A stretch of 10,074 nucleotides of DNA. Origin: Candidatus Aenigmatarchaeota archaeon (lineage in GTDB: Archaea; EX4484-52). The translations under genes were made by a program, and so were the position numbers. Below, one piece after another: positions 5,456 through 10,074 of this stretch. The notes under the pieces are model-generated. The model was not told where the DNA came from, ran no database searches, and was given only the letters and a program-made list of their open reading frames with translations. Location of the stretch: assembly GCA_023137195.1 (NCBI GenBank), contig JAGLPV010000002.1, positions 1 to 10,074 of the forward strand, read 5' to 3'. Positions within the stretch are counted from its first letter, which is position 1; every line of letters begins with the position of its first letter.

Positions 5456-8400
5456 ATGTCAGAAATCTATGATTTTAAAAAAACAGAAAAAACAATAAAA
5501 GAATACTGGACTAAACACAACATCCCTCAAAAAATCACCAATTTTAACAAAAACACAAAAAAGAAATTCTATCTCCTCGACGGACCCCCTTACGCAAACG
5601 GAAGCCCTCACGCAGGACATGTAATGACAATAGTCTTCAAGGACATCTGGGGAAAATTCAAGACAATGCAGGGCTACGATGTATGGTACCAGCCGGGATT
5701 TGACTGCCACGGTCTGCCCATAGAAAACAAGGTAGAAAAACTCCTTGATGTGAAATCAAAACAGGACATAATAGAAAAAATAGGAGAAGACAAATTCATA
5801 GACGAATGCAGAAAATTTTCAATACAGGCACTGGACGAATGGATGGATTTTTACAAGCAAATAGGTGCATGGAAAGGATGGCTCGAACCTTATCTAACAT
5901 TCAAGGATTATTATATTGAATCAGGCTGGTGGACAATCAAGACCCTCTATGAAAAAGGTCTGATGGTTGAAGGAAAAAAGCCGATACACTGGTGCCCAAA
6001 ATGCGAAAGCCCGCTATCAGGATACGAAGTCACAGACTCATACAAAGATGTTTCCGACCCTTCAGTTTACCTGAAATTTTCAGTTGAAGGAAAAAATAAA
6101 GAATATCTTCTTGTATGGACAACAACCCCCTGGACACTACCATCGAATGTCGCTCTTCTCGTCCATCCCGACGAGATTTACGTAAAAGCAAAAGTTGAAG
6201 ACGAAACTTATATTCTGGCAGAAAAACGATTAAAGGAAGTCTTTGAAAAAAAGAAAATAAAAGACTATAAAATCATCAAAAAATTAAAAGGAACAGAAAT
6301 CGCAGGATTAAAGTACCGTCCTTTGCTGGACGTCCCGGTACAAAAAACAATTGACAATGATTCAAATGCCCACAAAGTATATTTATCAATCCCCATCCTG
6401 AAAAAAGTAGTTGGCGCAAAATTAAAATTAAGGAAAGACATAAAAGAAACTCCGGAAGAAGATAATTTCGGTCACCTTGTCACAATGGACACAGGAACAG
6501 GCATAGTTCACATGGCACCAGGACACGGCGCAGAAGACAACAAGATAGGAAAGCACTATAATCTTCCTGAAGCTTCCCCCCTGGACGACAAATGCCATTT
6601 TACAAAAGAAGCAGGATTCTCCGGTTTTGTAAAAGATGCAGATAAAGACATAATCGAACACTTAATCGGCAAAAACAAGATGTTTTTCAAAGAAACTCTT
6701 GTTCACTCTTATCCTCTTTGCTGGAGATGCAAAAGCCCTTTAATATTCAGGTTAAGCAAGCAATGGTTTTTCCCGATAGAGACATTCCACAAGCGCATGA
6801 TGGCAGAAACCCAAAATACAAAATTCATGCCTCCTTTTGCAAAAAGCAGGATGCAAAACTGGCTTGCCGAGAGTGGAGACTGGTGCATTTCAATACAGCG
6901 GTTCTGGGGCATCCCGATACCAATGTGGAAGTGTAAAAAATGCCAGACAATAGAAGTAATCGCGAGTAAAAAAGAACTCCAGAATAAAATGAAAAACAAC
7001 ATAAAATTAGGCGATGACCTCCACAAGAATGTTGTTGATAAAGTTATTTTAAAATGCCCGGAATGCGACAGTGATATGAGAAGAATTCCTGATTTAGTAA
7101 ACATCTGGGTTGAAAGCGGAATATCACCATGGGCATCATTAGGATATCCAAATTCAGATAACGGCTTATTCGAGGCATTGAAATGGGCAGATGTCGTGGA
7201 CGAATCTCAGGATCAAATCCGGGGCTGGTTTTACGCAATGATGTTCATGGGCAATGCAGTATTTGGAAAATCTCCTTTCAAGGCATGCGCAGTAAACGGC
7301 TGGACCTTAGATGAAAAGGGAGAAAAAATGAGCAAATCCATCGGCAATGTCGTAAGCGCGCAGGACTGCATAGACGAACTCGGAATTGATATTTTAAGAT
7401 TTTACAATTGCTACAATATCGCCCCGTGGGAGACCCATAAATTCAATGTCCCCGAAGCAAAAAAAACAATAAAGATGATGAACATTCTGGACAACATCTG
7501 CAGTTATATCAACATGTACAAGGTAAATACAGATATTTCAGGCAAAAAACAGGACATATCAAAATTTTCAAAAGAAAACAGATGGATGCTTTCCCTCACA
7601 AATACACTTATAGAAGAAGTCACAGGCAACATAGAAAACTTTAATTTTCACATAGCTGGCAGGAAGATGTCTGATTTTATTGTAGAGTCTTTTTCAAGAA
7701 AATACATAAAACTAATAAGAGACTCCCCTCAAAATAAAAATCAAAACGATTATGTGGTAAGCACAGTGCTTTACAATTTCATTAAACTACTGGCTCCTTT
7801 TTGTCCCGCAGTCACAGAAGACATTTACTTAAAAGTCTTCAAAAAACAGGAAGGCAAAGACTCAGTACACATGTGTTCATACCCTATTACAGATAACAGA
7901 ATAATCGACAAGAATCTGGAAAAGGAAATGGATATAATATGGGAAATGGCAACATTATCCAATTCAATAAGAAACGAGCACAACATAAAATTGCGTTGGC
8001 CTATTGCAAAAATTACAGTCTCAACAAACCAAAAATTTGCAATAGACACAATAAAAAACAATATGGATCTGATTAAAAAACAGACCAATGCCGTAAAAAT
8101 AGAATTCGGCAATGTTGATGCAGTTGTCGTGGTCAAGCCAAATTTCGCAAAACTAGGTCAGGTATTCGGGAATAAGACAAAAGAGATAGCAAAATTAATA
8201 ACAAGCCAGGATCCCAAAAAACTAAAAGAGCAGTGGCAGGCAGGAACAATAAAAATCAAGGACACAATCCTGGAAAAAGACATGATTATAGTCGAGGAAA
8301 AAGTAAAAGAAGGTCTTGCAGGAAGGATGTTTTTTGGCGGTTCATTATATGTAGACACAAAATTCGACAACGAATTGATTGAAGAAGCATTCATAAATGA

Positions 8401-8638
8401 CCTAATGAGAGAGATTCAAATCTTAAGAAAGGAAGCAAAATTAAAGCTAAATGACAAAATCAATCTATGCATCGAATGCGACAAGCAGAATCTAATCGAC
8501 AAATGGAGCAACATAATACTAAAAAAAACCAATTCAATTATCGTAAAGGAAAAATCAAAGACAAAATACAAAAAAAGCAAGACATTTGAATTTGAGTTTA
8601 AAGATAGTTTCAAGGCAAATGCAAAGATTTACATTTAA
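5456..8638 (+). CDS. ileS: Isoleucine--tRNA ligase (archaeal/eukaryal type 2)
   Basis: 1060 aa. DGPPYANGSPHAGH (HIGH), PGFDCHGLPIE, CP1 editing motifs WTTTPWTLP and GTGIVHMAPGHG, YPLCWRC, DQIRGWF, KMSKS, and a type-2 C-terminal extension (VKPNFAKLG...REIQILRK). Confidence 0.97.
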   Translation: MSEIYDFKKTEKTIKEYWTKHNIPQKITNFNKNTKKKFYLLDGPPYANGSPHAGHVMTIVFKDIWGKFKTMQGYDVWYQPGFDCHGLPIENKVEKLLDVKSKQDIIEKIGEDKFIDECRKFSIQALDEWMDFYKQIGAWKGWLEPYLTFKDYYIESGWWTIKTLYEKGLMVEGKKPIHWCPKCESPLSGYEVTDSYKDVSDPSVYLKFSVEGKNKEYLLVWTTTPWTLPSNVALLVHPDEIYVKAKVEDETYILAEKRLKEVFEKKKIKDYKIIKKLKGTEIAGLKYRPLLDVPVQKTIDNDSNAHKVYLSIPILKKVVGAKLKLRKDIKETPEEDNFGHLVTMDTGTGIVHMAPGHGAEDNKIGKHYNLPEASPLDDKCHFTKEAGFSGFVKDADKDIIEHLIGKNKMFFKETLVHSYPLCWRCKSPLIFRLSKQWFFPIETFHKRMMAETQNTKFMPPFAKSRMQNWLAESGDWCISIQRFWGIPIPMWKCKKCQTIEVIASKKELQNKMKNNIKLGDDLHKNVVDKVILKCPECDSDMRRIPDLVNIWVESGISPWASLGYPNSDNGLFEALKWADVVDESQDQIRGWFYAMMFMGNAVFGKSPFKACAVNGWTLDEKGEKMSKSIGNVVSAQDCIDELGIDILRFYNCYNIAPWETHKFNVPEAKKTIKMMNILDNICSYINMYKVNTDISGKKQDISKFSKENRWMLSLTNTLIEEVTGNIENFNFHIAGRKMSDFIVESFSRKYIKLIRDSPQNKNQNDYVVSTVLYNFIKLLAPFCPAVTEDIYLKVFKKQEGKDSVHMCSYPITDNRIIDKNLEKEMDIIWEMATLSNSIRNEHNIKLRWPIAKITVSTNQKFAIDTIKNNMDLIKKQTNAVKIEFGNVDAVVVVKPNFAKLGQVFGNKTKEIAKLITSQDPKKLKEQWQAGTIKIKDTILEKDMIIVEEKVKEGLAGRMFFGGSLYVDTKFDNELIEEAFINDLMREIQILRKEAKLKLNDKINLCIECDKQNLIDKWSNIILKKTNSIIVKEKSKTKYKKSKTFEFEFKDSFKANAKIYI

Positions 8639-8688
8639 AATTATATTGTTCCTTCTCTTTGTTTAAAATCTATTCAACAGAGATTATA

Positions 8689-9270
8689 TCACTCTTTTTT
8701 GTTAAGAGCAGTATACGTATCACGAAATCTCTCTATTACCGTAAACAAACATAAGAACGAAATCAAGTACAACCCAACCACAATACTCTGGTCATATAAT
8801 GGCACCAGCATGCACGTGAGAAATATAATTGTCATTCTTTCTGCCCTGCCGCCCAGACCACTATAGTTTCTTTTCTTAAGCAATGCCTGTGATTCAACAC
8901 CAAGGTATGATGCAAGCAGCATAAGGATTATTGCAATAAATACAATGAAATTATCTACATGAGGTGCAAAATAAAGAGGCAGCAGAATGACTACATCCGA
9001 AACCCTGTCAAAAAAATGATCAAGAAAATCCCCAAGAGGTCTTGTGCGATTATGCTTTTTTGCAATCTCCCCGTCAAGCAAATCCAGGTAACCATTCAGC
9101 AGGACAAACAATGCCCCGAGAACATAATGTCTTGTATAAAACAGACCGCCTGCAACAAAAGCACTGATTAAAGCAAGCAAGGAGATAGTATTGGGATTCG
9201 TATTAAATGCAAAAGGAGTTAGAAGATATTTCTTTAAGAACGGGTATTTTTCATATATTTTTTTTAACAT
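8689..9270 (-). CDS. CDP-alcohol phosphatidyltransferase family protein (archaetidylinositol-phosphate synthase/PgsA-like)
   Basis: 193 aa with multiple transmembrane helices, NPNTIS, the signature DLLDGEIAK...GDFLDHFFDR, and GLGGRAER. Confidence 0.93.
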   Translation of the reverse strand: MLKKIYEKYPFLKKYLLTPFAFNTNPNTISLLALISAFVAGGLFYTRHYVLGALFVLLNGYLDLLDGEIAKKHNRTRPLGDFLDHFFDRVSDVVILLPLYFAPHVDNFIVFIAIILMLLASYLGVESQALLKKRNYSGLGGRAERMTIIFLTCMLVPLYDQSIVVGLYLISFLCLFTVIERFRDTYTALNKKE

Positions 9271-9275
9271 AGAAT

Positions 9276-9902
9276 TTATATTCTTAAACTTTTAAATGTG
9301 TTTTGGTTTCTCTCAAATACCTTTCCATGCCCCGGGTAGACAATACCAAAATCTATTTTTTCCAGCTTTTTAAGAGAGTTCTTCATCTCTTCTTTATCTC
9401 CCCCGGGAAGATCAACCCGCCCATAAGTATTATCAAACAACGTGTCTCCGGTAAAGAGCGTTTTTCGTCTTTTATCATAAAGGCATATACCCCCATGTGT
9501 ATGTCCTGGGGTTTCAATAACATAAAGCGTGAAATCATTTTTTAATGGTAGGACAGAACTCCCTTTCAGTTTGATGTGAATATCAGATCTGCCGGAATAT
9601 TCCTGATCAAAATAAGAAGAACACATAACATTGTCATCTTTGTCTTCCAGTGCGCTTGCATCATCCCACCCAATATATATTTTTGCATTCTTAAAAAACC
9701 TGGTCCCGTTGCTGTGGTCAAAATGGCAATGCGTTAAAATTATTGTTTTGATTTTATCAAAACTACTGTTACATTGTTTTAATTTTGTTTCAAAAATTTC
9801 TTTTTCCTCTTCCAATCCACATCCAGTGTCAATCAATACATCTTCATCTATAAGATATATATTTGAATTAGGCGAGTTTAGTTTAATAAGGCGAAGATTC
9901 AT
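9276..9902 (-). CDS. MBL-fold metallo-hydrolase (glyoxalase II-like)
   Basis: 208 aa with LIDTG, THCHFDH (HxHxDH), TPGHTHG, FTGDTLF, GRVDLPGG and YPGHG. The 5-bp gap to the downstream gene suggests an operon. Confidence 0.95.
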   Translation of the reverse strand: MNLRLIKLNSPNSNIYLIDEDVLIDTGCGLEEEKEIFETKLKQCNSSFDKIKTIILTHCHFDHSNGTRFFKNAKIYIGWDDASALEDKDDNVMCSSYFDQEYSGRSDIHIKLKGSSVLPLKNDFTLYVIETPGHTHGGICLYDKRRKTLFTGDTLFDNTYGRVDLPGGDKEEMKNSLKKLEKIDFGIVYPGHGKVFERNQNTFKSLRI

Positions 9903-9922
9903 CTAGATAAAATTGTTTTACA

Positions 9923-9930
9923 TTTTTAAA
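9923..9930 (-). promoter_or_regulatory. TATA box of the MBL/phosphatidyltransferase operon
   Basis: Minus-strand AAAGG-TTTAAAAA ends 20 nt before ATG 9902. Confidence 0.55.
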
Positions 9931-9967
9931 CCTTTAGTCTATCCTGGTTTCAAAAACAAGAGCAAAT

Positions 9968-9975
9968 TTTTTAAG
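9968..9975 (+). promoter_or_regulatory. TATA box of the edge gene
   Basis: GCAAAT-TTTTTAAG ends 20 nt before ATG 9996. Confidence 0.45.
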
Positions 9976-9995
9976 GTTGAGATTGCAGTTGGAAT

Positions 9996-10074
9996 ATGAG
10001 AAAAGTTTCATTTATCTGGGTTATCTATCTTTTTTGCTTTGCAATGATTTTTTTTCAAGCAGAGGCAAATGCAG
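9996..10074 (+). CDS. 5' end of a probable secreted protein (truncated by the window edge)
   Basis: Open frame MRKVSFIWVIYLFCFAMIFFQAEANA...: basic N-region, hydrophobic core and AxA cleavage motif. TATA box at the same spacing as the other genes. Confidence 0.65.
   Translation, partial: MRKVSFIWVIYLFCFAMIFFQAEANA

Overview
AT-rich archaeal chromosomal segment, identified by a group II chaperonin, an archaeal/eukaryal-type IleRS and TATA-box promoters. The compact, mostly leaderless layout suggests a DPANN-like lineage, which is inference only. There are eight complete genes: thermosome (-), stand-alone DEDDy 3'-5' exonuclease (+), membrane-anchored OB-fold protein (-), ExeA-like AAA+ ATPase with C-terminal winged helix (+), secreted Cys-rich modular surface protein (+), ileS (+), CDP-alcohol phosphatidyltransferase (-) and MBL-fold hydrolase (-). 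The start of a probable secreted protein lies at the right edge. The most notable unexplained signal is a non-coding multi-hairpin repeat in two inverted copies (about 23-117 and 2466-2593; 41/43 nt identical core). Each copy starts directly after a TGA and is built from a two-hairpin unit whose second stem shows fully compensatory base changes. Other observations are a palindrome over the predicted thermosome transcription start, a near-constant 20-22 nt TATA-to-ATG spacing, a surface-protein domain with atypical codon bias flanked by 17/20 nt direct repeats, and a charged insertion in the IleRS editing domain. All alignments and counts were done by eye.
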